Source: Verrucomicrobiota bacterium
GTDB taxonomy: Bacteria > Verrucomicrobiota > Verrucomicrobiia > Methylacidiphilales > JBCBYL01
Direction of reading: 5' to 3'
DNA length: 64,000 bases
Assembly (NCBI GenBank): GCA_038748025.1
Contig: JBCDJI010000015.1
Location: 23,957 to 87,956, forward strand
The position numbers and the translations under genes are program-made. Numbering within the stretch: the stretch's first letter is position 1; each line of letters opens with the position of its first letter. The notes beneath the pieces are model-generated. The model was not told the DNA's origin. It saw only the letters and a list, made by a program, of their open reading frames with translations, and did no database searches. Positions 50,128 through 59,075 of this stretch are shown in pieces.

Positions 50128-50200
50128 TCGAACCCCCGGAACCCTTGTGGGGCTCGACGATTTAGCAAACCGTTGCTTTCGACCACTCAGCCACCGCTCC
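50110..50200 (-). tRNA. tRNA-Ser(GCT), CCA encoded
   Basis: GGAGCGG/CCGCTCC acceptor stem, ACGGT-TTGCTAA-ATCGT anticodon arm, long variable arm, GGGGG-TTCGAAT-CCCCC T-arm, GCCA end. Confidence 0.96.
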
Positions 50201-50280
50201 AGATCAGTCGAATCGGAAAAAACATTGCCTCTCCACCCATCACTTGGCAATCGGAAAGCACGTGAATGCTGCCATAATTT

Positions 50281-52206
50281 TCAGAGAGTGCGGGTCAGCG
50301 AAATTTCAAACACATCCACACTGCCTAGTGAAGACCCGCTCGGGATAATTTCTGCAACCACCCGATCCACTCCCTCCTTGGCCAGTATACTCATCGGATA
50401 CTCTTTCTGAGCATTGAGATACCACGCCAGACTGGATCCCAGCTGCCCCTTCTCTTCCAGCTCCTGGGCTTCACGCAACTGGCGCACAAATTCGGAGGCT
50501 TTCGTGGTCAGTTCCGCACGCAGCTGGTTGATCTGGGAGTCATAGCTGAAACGATCAATGACCAGTTCCAGACATTCCCATCCGCCCGCATGATCACCGC
50601 GGGAGCTCAATTCCTTGGCCCGCATCAACGTGCCTTCCAGCAGCTGCATTTCCTCCAGCACCTCTTTCAATATATCCTGCTTTTCCGGATACAGTGCCGC
50701 CGCCGCGATATACCTGACCTGATTGTTAAAGATTTCTCGATAGTTTTTGGTCTGAATGAGCCGATCCAGCTCAGCGATGGCTTGTTGCTGGACATCGGTC
50801 TGCGTGAAGATCTCTTTGGTAAATTCGGCCAGATCCGGATTTCTCGGCCAGATTTCCGCCGCTGCCTTTAATTCATTTTCCAGCGTTTCCTTATCCCCGG
50901 ATGTGGCCGCGGCACGCGCCTTGACCAGATGCATGGAACTGACCGTGCTGGCGGTCTGAATCACCGCATGTGCCTTGGATGCGTCAAAATCTTCCGCCAT
51001 GGTTTCCAGCTTCTCTACCAGCTCCTTAGCCAGCGTATAATCCCGGACTTCCAGCGCAGAGAGCAGCTGATTGCGTTTTTGCTGAAAATCAAGCACTTCC
51101 CGTTTATCATCACGCGGTAATGAACGGATCACCGGCAGGTATTGACCGATCGCGAATGCCTCCTGCAAACGTTCGGTCGCACTGGCCAGCTCCCGTTTTT
51201 CCAGTAAGTAATGAAATGCTTCCACCCCCTCCTCCACATCGCTGATCGCCTGATTGGAGAGCGACTCGAGCACTCCCAGAGTAGGTGGATTACCGGAAGT
51301 CTCGGCAAAGACTTTTTCCATCTCACCACCAGTCTGCAGTTTGGTATCCCCGTCTCCGAAAACCGCCTGGTAAAAACGACTGGCCAGCACCACATGCTCA
51401 AAGCGGCGCTGAAAGAAAAATTGAGAGATCAGCATCTGAAAGTTGATCTTGGCCTGTAATTCTGAAATTTCTTTCTTGGTTTTATTGCCCAGAACCATGG
51501 CTTCCAGTTCCGCCGCACGTTTGATGTAGGGACCCATCGTCAGATCACGCCGGAGCTGCCTTTCCTCCTGCCAGATTTTTGCGGCTTCAGCATTTCTGGG
51601 CGGGTTATTTAACCCGGAATTGGCGCTGGCACGCGCATTCCACTGTTGCGTTTCAATTTGACGTCGCAATTTGCTGTTGGTCCTTTCCAGTCGCGCCTGT
51701 TCGTTTTTGGCCTGCCAGACATTATAGATCGTATTCGCGAGAGCATCACAGAGGTTCGCATCCACGTCATAGCTGGATGCCTGCGGCAGCAGGCTCACTG
51801 CATCTTCCAACTGACTGGAAGACACCCGGCTTTTCGTAAGCATCGTCATCATCTGCTCGATCAGCTGACGATATTCATTTTCGGCATCCGAAGTTTCAGC
51901 CGCATTGTTGAGATAACGCTCAAACTGGGAGCGAAATAAGCGATTATTATCAATATTCCACAATTTTCCGTCCCAGCTCACCGTGCCTGATCCCATGTCC
52001 ATGAATGGGATGTCCTGACCCAGTCCCAGGCCTTGGTTGTTCGACTCCCGGGAGCTGCTCTGAATCACCGTGGGTTGCATGGAATTTCCCTGGGATGAAT
52101 CCGGGGCAGGAGTCTGGGGGTTGCCGGGGCCCAGGAAGTCGGGGGCCTGAGCCAGTGCTAAACCCGCTACCGCCCATAGCTGTAAAACTGTTATCATCAA
52201 CCGCAT
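50281..52206 (-). CDS. Secreted alpha-helical/TPR-like hypothetical protein
   Basis: Signal peptide (ALA|QAP); 641 aa, mostly helical with TPR-like segments. Confidence 0.8.
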   Translation of the reverse strand: MRLMITVLQLWAVAGLALAQAPDFLGPGNPQTPAPDSSQGNSMQPTVIQSSSRESNNQGLGLGQDIPFMDMGSGTVSWDGKLWNIDNNRLFRSQFERYLNNAAETSDAENEYRQLIEQMMTMLTKSRVSSSQLEDAVSLLPQASSYDVDANLCDALANTIYNVWQAKNEQARLERTNSKLRRQIETQQWNARASANSGLNNPPRNAEAAKIWQEERQLRRDLTMGPYIKRAAELEAMVLGNKTKKEISELQAKINFQMLISQFFFQRRFEHVVLASRFYQAVFGDGDTKLQTGGEMEKVFAETSGNPPTLGVLESLSNQAISDVEEGVEAFHYLLEKRELASATERLQEAFAIGQYLPVIRSLPRDDKREVLDFQQKRNQLLSALEVRDYTLAKELVEKLETMAEDFDASKAHAVIQTASTVSSMHLVKARAAATSGDKETLENELKAAAEIWPRNPDLAEFTKEIFTQTDVQQQAIAELDRLIQTKNYREIFNNQVRYIAAAALYPEKQDILKEVLEEMQLLEGTLMRAKELSSRGDHAGGWECLELVIDRFSYDSQINQLRAELTTKASEFVRQLREAQELEEKGQLGSSLAWYLNAQKEYPMSILAKEGVDRVVAEIIPSGSSLGSVDVFEISLTRTL

Positions 52207-52610
52207 TATGATTTTTCCATTTCCAGCACGCGGAGCAGTCCGTTCTCCACTACTTCAATCTTTATTTGAAAATCCTGCCCGCGCTGCACGTTAATGTCAT
52301 TAAGCTGGGCCGGGATTAAAACAGGAACCAGGCGGGCATTACGTCCGACTCCCACTTGCACCGAGAACAGCCGGCCCACCGCAGAATCCCAAGCCAGTGA
52401 ATGGTTAATGGTGCCCTTCAGACGGTAGGTATTGCCTCGCAGACTGTTGGCGTTTTCCAGATATGCCTCTACCTCCAGGACCGGCAAGGTGCGAAAATTG
52501 GAGTCATTTCCCGCCAGGAACAGATAGCCGGCGCCAGCAATCAGCAGCAGTAAAACGGCACCCAGCGTCAGGTGCACCGGTGAAAAATGTGATCGAGCTC
52601 GCCGTGCCAT
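52206..52610 (-). CDS. Membrane-anchored small beta-rich (possibly OB-fold) hypothetical protein
   Basis: Single N-terminal TM, YLENANSLRGNTY motif; TAATG-coupled to the downstream gene. Confidence 0.75.
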   Translation of the reverse strand: MARRARSHFSPVHLTLGAVLLLLIAGAGYLFLAGNDSNFRTLPVLEVEAYLENANSLRGNTYRLKGTINHSLAWDSAVGRLFSVQVGVGRNARLVPVLIPAQLNDINVQRGQDFQIKIEVVENGLLRVLEMEKS

Positions 52611-52709
52611 GTGTATTGAACTTCGCTTTAATGTAAAGGTTGTGCAATAACCCTCAATATCATTCTAATACAAAAATGAGATTATTCTAAATGATTATGA
52701 ATCCATCAC

Positions 52710-54431
52710 TTACCACTGGCCCTTGGAAAGTCCCAGCCATGCGATAAATCCTGCCAGCAGCACATGTGCTCCCAGCACAAATATTGAAAAATCCGTTCCA
52801 GCTACCGGTGTATTGGAAATCTGCACAACCAGATCATAAAATCGGGTTTCCCGCATAGCCTGCAGGTAACCCGACCACGACCAGTAGGCTGCAATAAAAG
52901 GGCGCGTCAGCGGTGCAATCGTATCCGGCAAGGCCAAAATGGTTCCCGAAAGTGGAAGCTGAAATCCTACCAGGTATATGGACACCAGCGAAGCCTGTTC
53001 CGACGTGCGTGCCCAAGCAGATATCGCCAGCCCGGTTCCGGTCATCGCGGCATTGACCAGCACCAGCAACTTGACCTGAGTCATCCAGTCGCCCGGGATG
53101 TCGCAAATCAATTTGACGAAACACCCCATCCAGACGGATTGTGCCAGCACCAGCGGCACCAGAAAAATGATCTTGGAAATAAGTGTCGCCAGATCGCCCA
53201 CGCCGGACAGCTTTTCCTTTTCGATGATGTGACGTTCATTGGCAACTTCCCGTGCCGCATTGTTTGCTCCCATTAGCGTCAGCAGAATCACCTGGAACAT
53301 GACCAGTCCGGATACCAGGCTGCCCACCTTGCTGGACTGGATGGTGGCCGCCAGCTGATCCTGCAGGACTTCCACTACATTCTGATCCATCGACATGCTC
53401 ATATTACGCACCTCGGGCAACCCATCATAGGCAAAAAGAACCACCAGCACCGGAAAAATCAGAATCAGTGCAATCTGGAGCCCCAACTGCCCGTAATCAC
53501 GAAAAAACAGGGAAAAGCGACGTCGTGTCAGGGTAGCGACCTGCTTCAGCAGGGAAGGCGTCTCCATCACACCCTTGAGCACACCCTGGTCTGCTTCATC
53601 CGAATCCGTTGCTGACGATTCAGGTAGTTTCGCATCCAGCTCGGATTCTTCGTAAGGCCGATACAGCTGGTAACGTTCACGCCAGTATTCCAAGGTGTTT
53701 TCACTCAGGGCGGGAAACACATCCTCAGCAGCTTCCACCTGGAAAAAGGGAAGCAGGTGATCTGATGGTCCATGAAAGACCACATGCCCTTCCATTAATA
53801 CCGTAATCGTATCGTAAAAATGCAGGTGACGCAGGCTATGCGTAACGGACAGGACCACACGCTCCTCGTCCTGCCTCAGTGAAGCCATCAGATTCACAAT
53901 CTCGTTTTCACTTTTGGGATCGAGTCCGCTTGTTACCTCGTCGCACAGCAGCAGGGCCGGACGCGTGACCAACTCCAGCGCCAGCCCCAGCCTGCGCTGC
54001 TGCCCGCCTGAGAGAACTTCGGTGCGGCGATCTGCAATTTCGAGCAGGCCGACCCGGTCCAGAACCGTATCCGCCCACTCCCGGGCGGATACTCCGCGCT
54101 GCCGGGTACAGGTGCGCAGTGCCGTGGCATTGATCACGGCTTCCCGCACAGTCAAATGCCGGTGAAAGATTGAGAACTGTGGCACATAACCCAGCTCGGA
54201 AGGGTGGAAATCTTCATCCTCATCCAGATCTCGTCCCCGCCAGAAAATTTTGCCTTCACTGGGCTCCAGCAGTCCTGCGATGGTTTTCAGCAGCGTGCTC
54301 TTGCCGCAACCCGATGGACCGACGATCGCACCGAAGTGCCCGGGCTGGAATTGCAGCGCCAGTTGATCCAGCAGCGGCTGTTCCTGTGACCCTGTCGGCG
54401 GATGAACCGTAATCCCCTCCAAATGCAACAT
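52710..54431 (-). CDS. Fused ABC transporter (NBD then ABC-2 TMD; ABCG/White-like half transporter)
   Basis: GPSGCGKST, LSGGQ, LLLCDEVTSGLDP, VTH; C-terminal ABC2 membrane domain (REVANER..IEKE). Confidence 0.92.
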   Translation of the reverse strand: MLHLEGITVHPPTGSQEQPLLDQLALQFQPGHFGAIVGPSGCGKSTLLKTIAGLLEPSEGKIFWRGRDLDEDEDFHPSELGYVPQFSIFHRHLTVREAVINATALRTCTRQRGVSAREWADTVLDRVGLLEIADRRTEVLSGGQQRRLGLALELVTRPALLLCDEVTSGLDPKSENEIVNLMASLRQDEERVVLSVTHSLRHLHFYDTITVLMEGHVVFHGPSDHLLPFFQVEAAEDVFPALSENTLEYWRERYQLYRPYEESELDAKLPESSATDSDEADQGVLKGVMETPSLLKQVATLTRRRFSLFFRDYGQLGLQIALILIFPVLVVLFAYDGLPEVRNMSMSMDQNVVEVLQDQLAATIQSSKVGSLVSGLVMFQVILLTLMGANNAAREVANERHIIEKEKLSGVGDLATLISKIIFLVPLVLAQSVWMGCFVKLICDIPGDWMTQVKLLVLVNAAMTGTGLAISAWARTSEQASLVSIYLVGFQLPLSGTILALPDTIAPLTRPFIAAYWSWSGYLQAMRETRFYDLVVQISNTPVAGTDFSIFVLGAHVLLAGFIAWLGLSKGQW

Positions 54432-54490
54432 GAAAGAAAACCCTACCGGTTTGTTGCCAACGTTGCAACATGCAGGCTAGATTTTCTGTA

Positions 54491-55840
54491 GTGAAACGTA
54501 TTTTTCTTTTTGTAGGGCTGACCGCGCTGTTTGTTCTGATTGCTTTGGCCGCCACTGCCATATGGATTCCCCATCAGTTCCTCGGAAATGAGGCCTTCCG
54601 GCAGGAAATGAACCGCCAGACTCAGCACACCCTCAACGTGCAGGGTGAGTGGATGCCCTTTCGGCTCGATGGCTGGACCTTGCACAGTGATGGTTTTGAA
54701 GGTTCGGGTTTCTTTTCCGGCTACGAATACCGTCTGCGGGCTGAACACGTTTCCTTTGAAATTAACTGGCGCACACTGCTGCGTCGGAAATGGCGCATCG
54801 ACCCCGTCCAGGTCCGGAAACTCGATCTTCAGATCATGGAACGATCCGAACCGCCTCCCCCGGCTACTCCACCATCTCCCGCTGCTACTTCCTCCTTTCC
54901 CCGGCTCGCCGCACTCTTTATCCCGCAATCCGTGGATATTCAGCAACTGGTCTTGTCCGATGCTTCAGTCACCTGGCGGCATCTCGACCAGAAAATCTAC
55001 CGGATCAGTGAACTTCAATCCACCAGCATACCGGACGGCAACGGCAGCTGGAGCACCTCGCTCACTCGAGGCGTCTTTACTCCTCCGGGGCGGCTGCCGT
55101 GGTCCTTGAACAGTGCCCGACTTGCAGGTGATCTGCAACAGATGGACTTGCATCATGCGGAATGGCTGGGACAGGAAGCAGGCGTCATCCGGCTGTCAGG
55201 CCCCCTCCTTCGCGATGGCCGGATTCATGCCGAGCTCAAGATTGAAGGCCGTGGCATCCCGGCCAACGCCGTGACGCCAGTGGCCTGGAGAAACTTCATT
55301 CAGGGCGACCTGGACAGCGATGCCAGCGCCCGGATCGACTCCAACGGATTATCCATCCGAGGCGAAGCCAAAGGAAAGAATATCCAGCTGGTTGGCGTGC
55401 CATTGCTGCGTTCCATGAGCACGGCTACCGGACTGCGACAGTGGACAGAACTGCCACTGCAAACCGTCTGGATCACCTTTGAATATCAGGATCGTCATCT
55501 GCACCTCCCCTCGTCAGTGATCGAATCCAAGGACATGCTGCGCCTGGAAGGAAGTCTGCGCGTGCAGGAACGGCAGCTTACCGGAACCTATCAGGTCGGT
55601 CTGGCCCCGCAAGTGGTATCCAAAATTCCCGGAGCCCGCTTGACTGTATTTACCTTGCAGCAAAACGGCTACCACTGGGCTCAGCCGCCCATGACCCTTT
55701 CGGGCACGGCCGACGATCCGAAAGAAGATCTCTCACCACGCCTCAAATCCGCGATCCTGGATGCCGTGGAAGAAACCATCCAGCAGGGAGTCGAGCGTGG
55801 AATGGATATTCTGGATTCCATCCTGCAGCGAGTGCCCTGA
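54491..55840 (+). CDS. AsmA-like beta-rich envelope protein
   Basis: N-terminal TM; LLRRKWRIDPVQV; repeated beta segments; AsmA-type C-terminus (MTLSGTADDPKEDL then amphipathic helix). The ORF extends to ATG 54470. Confidence 0.6.
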   Translation: MKRIFLFVGLTALFVLIALAATAIWIPHQFLGNEAFRQEMNRQTQHTLNVQGEWMPFRLDGWTLHSDGFEGSGFFSGYEYRLRAEHVSFEINWRTLLRRKWRIDPVQVRKLDLQIMERSEPPPPATPPSPAATSSFPRLAALFIPQSVDIQQLVLSDASVTWRHLDQKIYRISELQSTSIPDGNGSWSTSLTRGVFTPPGRLPWSLNSARLAGDLQQMDLHHAEWLGQEAGVIRLSGPLLRDGRIHAELKIEGRGIPANAVTPVAWRNFIQGDLDSDASARIDSNGLSIRGEAKGKNIQLVGVPLLRSMSTATGLRQWTELPLQTVWITFEYQDRHLHLPSSVIESKDMLRLEGSLRVQERQLTGTYQVGLAPQVVSKIPGARLTVFTLQQNGYHWAQPPMTLSGTADDPKEDLSPRLKSAILDAVEETIQQGVERGMDILDSILQRVP

Positions 55841-55853
55841 CAGGCATATCGAC

Positions 55854-56360
55854 TTACCGCACCCGCTGCCACTTGCTTTTAATATCCTGATAAAGCTTCT
55901 CGAGCTGCTCTTTCGAGCTGATCCGGTATTCAACGGTATGCGCATGCGTAGTGGTCGGATAGGATTTCACGACCGCTTCATCCAGCAGATCAGGCAGTCC
56001 GGCACGCTCTTTGACTTCATCCACTTTATTTTGCGCCCGATCCAGCAAAGACTGTCCGATACCGCGGGGAGCCGTGGCATCTTTGTTCCGTTCCACGAAA
56101 TAAAATCGCGCCACCGTATTACCGGTGGTGTCTACCGTGACCTCGTGCACGGCAAAGGCACCATCGACATAAAACTTGTGCAGGCTGACACTGGTCACCC
56201 TTCCCAGATCCACCATGTATTCGCCTCCCGGCAGCGTCACCATGTAAATGCGGGAACGCACGGTGGATTCTGTTCCCTCCTCCTGAGCTTCCAGCAGATT
56301 CGGACCAAGCATCAGCACCGGGATCGCAGTCAGCCAAAAAAACAACCGTATAGACTTCAT
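55854..56360 (-). CDS. Secreted conserved hypothetical protein
   Basis: Signal peptide; LPGGEYMV, VTVDT.G...ARFY, VVKSYPTTTHAHTVEYR. Confidence 0.75.
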   Translation of the reverse strand: MKSIRLFFWLTAIPVLMLGPNLLEAQEEGTESTVRSRIYMVTLPGGEYMVDLGRVTSVSLHKFYVDGAFAVHEVTVDTTGNTVARFYFVERNKDATAPRGIGQSLLDRAQNKVDEVKERAGLPDLLDEAVVKSYPTTTHAHTVEYRISSKEQLEKLYQDIKSKWQRVR

Positions 56361-56361
56361 A

Positions 56362-57282
56362 CTATGTAGTCTGCCCCGCGCCGGAAGAAGGCGTCAAGGC
56401 CTTACGCAAGTGCTGCAACTCGTGTAACAGCGCTTGCCGGACCGGTTGACAGGCCTGCGCCAGGTCACGTTGAGCCTGATCATATTCCTGACGGCCGGCT
56501 TCCGTCTCAATCTTGACCGGACGGAAGCCCCACTGCGAGAGATCATACGGACTGGCCCGCATATCCAGGATGCGTGCCCGGAGTGCAAGTTGAAACGTCT
56601 CCATGATCCGCTCGGAACTGATCCACGGATAAAATTTATACGCCCATTTATACAAATCCATATTGGCGTGAATACACCCCGGTTGCTCGTGGGCACAGCG
56701 GTTCTCGCGCGTCAGCTGCACCCGGTTTCGCGGTGCTGCCGCGGGAGTAAAAAAACGGAAGGCATCGTAGTGCGTGCAGCGCAGCGGCTGCCGCTCGACC
56801 ACGTCACGCAATTCATCGCGGGAAAAACGCAGCGGCACCGCATGACGGGGCTGCTCGGTCTGATAAACCATGGCCCACTCGTGCAGACCGGAACAGGAAT
56901 GCAGCGGCGGCCGGCTGGCCACGGCCTGCATCAGTGAGATGACCCAGTCCAATCCTCTGCGGCGTTTTTCCGGGTAACTGGCAGCCGAAACACAGCCTCC
57001 CTTCTGGTTAAAATTATTCAGTGCAGGCACCACTTCCACTCCAGCTCCCTGCAGCCGGACTCCCATACCCGGTGACCAGCGTTTATGCTCCTGCGGGCGA
57101 AACCGGTAATACGTGAAAAGAAAATCATAGACCGGATGGGGCTGATCGTTGCGAGCTGCACGGGTCAGCGGATCCACAACTTGCTCACAGCGTTTGAGAT
57201 GCTGATCACGCCGGTACTGCCACTCAGGCAGGGCCAGTCTCTCTTCATTTGGCAATACAGCAGCCGCAGACATTTCACCCAT
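56362..57282 (-). CDS. Conserved uncharacterised protein (family often auto-annotated 3-methyladenine DNA glycosylase)
   Basis: HPVYDFLFTYY, C.GLHEWAMVY, CTHYDAFRFFT, EQPGCIHANMDLYKW, LDMRASPYDL. Confidence 0.75.
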   Translation of the reverse strand: MGEMSAAAVLPNEERLALPEWQYRRDQHLKRCEQVVDPLTRAARNDQPHPVYDFLFTYYRFRPQEHKRWSPGMGVRLQGAGVEVVPALNNFNQKGGCVSAASYPEKRRRGLDWVISLMQAVASRPPLHSCSGLHEWAMVYQTEQPRHAVPLRFSRDELRDVVERQPLRCTHYDAFRFFTPAAAPRNRVQLTRENRCAHEQPGCIHANMDLYKWAYKFYPWISSERIMETFQLALRARILDMRASPYDLSQWGFRPVKIETEAGRQEYDQAQRDLAQACQPVRQALLHELQHLRKALTPSSGAGQTT

Positions 57283-57297
57283 CCGTTACGCTGCCGG

Positions 57298-57987
57298 TCA
57301 GACGTCAATACGTCGACTCTCAAACTCACCGTATAACAGTTCAAAGTCTTTCGTCAGCGTCACCTCTCCTGTAAACTGACTTTCCTCGACTTGAACCTGC
57401 GGATCGTTCAGTTCCAGTAATTTGTAAAAGGATTCTTCGGATTGATCCCCGTTGAATTCCGCCAGCACCGGCTGGCCGTCCTGCATCACCACTCCGCCAT
57501 TCCCGCTGTTCCATTCCACTGCGATCTGCAGCGACTTTTTCTGCAGATGGAATAAGTGCAGTAAATTGGCCAGACTCAGTTGCTGGATCCGCTGATCCGG
57601 GAGAGCACCGTCCATAGCTAAACCGGATTCAATTCCCTCAATGAGGTCGCGGGTGAGCAGCGGTTTGGCAAACACCCGCACACGCTTGAACTGGACTTCC
57701 AACCCCTTGAGTTCATGCAGCGGAACCGCTCCGGAGATGACAATCACCGGAGTCTGCGGAAACTGGCGGTCCATCATGGAGATGATTTCTTTACCGTTGA
57801 GTTCCGGCATGTTGAGATCCGTCAGCAGCAGGTCCACCGCATGCCGCGCCAGCCACGCCTGCGCTTCACTGGCATCATGGAAGCCGGTAATTCGTGCATC
57901 TGGAAATTTCTTTTTAAGCGTGTAACCTAAAATATCCACAATAGCCTCTTCATCATCAACTACCGCTAAATGAGGAAATCCTGCCAT
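57298..57987 (-). CDS. Response regulator with C-terminal DUF4388/PATAN-like domain
   Basis: VVDDE, LLTDLNMP, ISG, AKP; then LSLANLLHL..LQKKS..I.V...GNGGVVMQDG..V.A.......EES.YKLL. Confidence 0.8.
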   Translation of the reverse strand: MAGFPHLAVVDDEEAIVDILGYTLKKKFPDARITGFHDASEAQAWLARHAVDLLLTDLNMPELNGKEIISMMDRQFPQTPVIVISGAVPLHELKGLEVQFKRVRVFAKPLLTRDLIEGIESGLAMDGALPDQRIQQLSLANLLHLFHLQKKSLQIAVEWNSGNGGVVMQDGQPVLAEFNGDQSEESFYKLLELNDPQVQVEESQFTGEVTLTKDFELLYGEFESRRIDV

Positions 57988-58088
57988 GCTGTCAGATCGT
58001 ATCGGGATTCCACCTGCTTGACAATCGCAAGCTTCACTGACCGCCAGCGGCCGGACACTAATTAACCATCCCCTCAGCGATTAAAAAC

Positions 58089-58097
58089 TGCTAGCCT
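58089..58097 (+). promoter_or_regulatory. Extended -10 element (TGnTAGCCT) 6 nt upstream of the pilC ATG, putative leaderless promoter
   Basis: TGC-TAGCCT-gtccct-ATG with no Shine-Dalgarno. Confidence 0.4.
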
Positions 58098-58103
58098 GTC
58101 CCT

Positions 58104-59075
58104 ATGTCCGATTTGTGCATTGTCTTCCGCAACCTCCATTCTATTTCCCGGGCGGGGCTATCGCTGGCACCCGGTTGCCGCAAACTGGCGGAAACAGCCA
58201 AACCTGAACTTGCTGCCGTATGGACAGAACTGGCCGCTCAACTGGAAGCCGGCTGCCCCCTGTCCGCTGCGTTAGGCCAGACTTCTCTCAGCGTAGACTC
58301 CTGGATGCGGGAAATGATCCAGGCCGGTGAAGCGTCCGGCACCACGGATCAGATCCTGCAGCACATCGCCACTGAAGTGGAATCTCTACGCACCTGGCGT
58401 CGCTCCCTGCTCGCCCGCCTGGTGTACCCGCTTGCCGTACTCCATCTGACCGCATTTCTACCTGCTCTGCCTTTGCTGCTCAGTCACGGGAATGTGATAG
58501 CACTGGCATGGATCATCACGTTCCTCACCATCATCTATCTCCCGCTGATAGCTGCATGGAGCCTGAATCGGATCGCCCGACAGTCTCAGCCTCTCCGGTA
58601 TTTGCTGGAATCGTTGCTGCTGAGAGTTCCTGCAGGCGGAGCGGCACTGCGCGCCGAATGCTCCGCCCGGTTTTACCGGGCACTCGGTGCGCTGGCCCGT
58701 GCGTCCAGCCGGTGGGAAGATGCGGTTCACTGTGCCTCGCAGGCCTCCGGTTCCGCCCACCTGCAGCAATCCGCCGCCCTCCACCATGCAGCTCTGGCTG
58801 CCGGAGCAGAGTTGACCGCCACCTTACAGCAATTCTCTTTTTTTCCCGTGGATGACCTGGACCAGCTCAACACCGGCGAGATTACCGGCACCCTGCATGA
58901 GACCCTCGACCGCCTCTCCGTTACCTCCCGGGAGAACGCTACCCGGCAGCTGAAGCTGTTTTCGCTCGCCCTGTCCGTCGGCGTGTATGGACTGTGCATC
59001 GGCGGAATCCTGCTGGCAATGCTCAGCATCCTCGGTCCGGTCTATTATCAGGTCTATGAATTACTGAACCACTAA
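58104..59075 (+). CDS. pilC: Type II secretion F / PilC-family inner-membrane platform protein
   Basis: Two T2SSF domains: LEAG.PLSAAL...MIQAGEASG; LVYP; GEITGTL.ETL; LGPVY. Confidence 0.8.
   Translation: MSDLCIVFRNLHSISRAGLSLAPGCRKLAETAKPELAAVWTELAAQLEAGCPLSAALGQTSLSVDSWMREMIQAGEASGTTDQILQHIATEVESLRTWRRSLLARLVYPLAVLHLTAFLPALPLLLSHGNVIALAWIITFLTIIYLPLIAAWSLNRIARQSQPLRYLLESLLLRVPAGGAALRAECSARFYRALGALARASSRWEDAVHCASQASGSAHLQQSAALHHAALAAGAELTATLQQFSFFPVDDLDQLNTGEITGTLHETLDRLSVTSRENATRQLKLFSLALSVGVYGLCIGGILLAMLSILGPVYYQVYELLNH

Noticed and set aside
54452..54470. TGTTGC-N7-GCAACA inverted repeat between the divergent ABC and AsmA-like genes
   Set aside because: Only 6-bp arms and a single occurrence, so it cannot be distinguished from chance.
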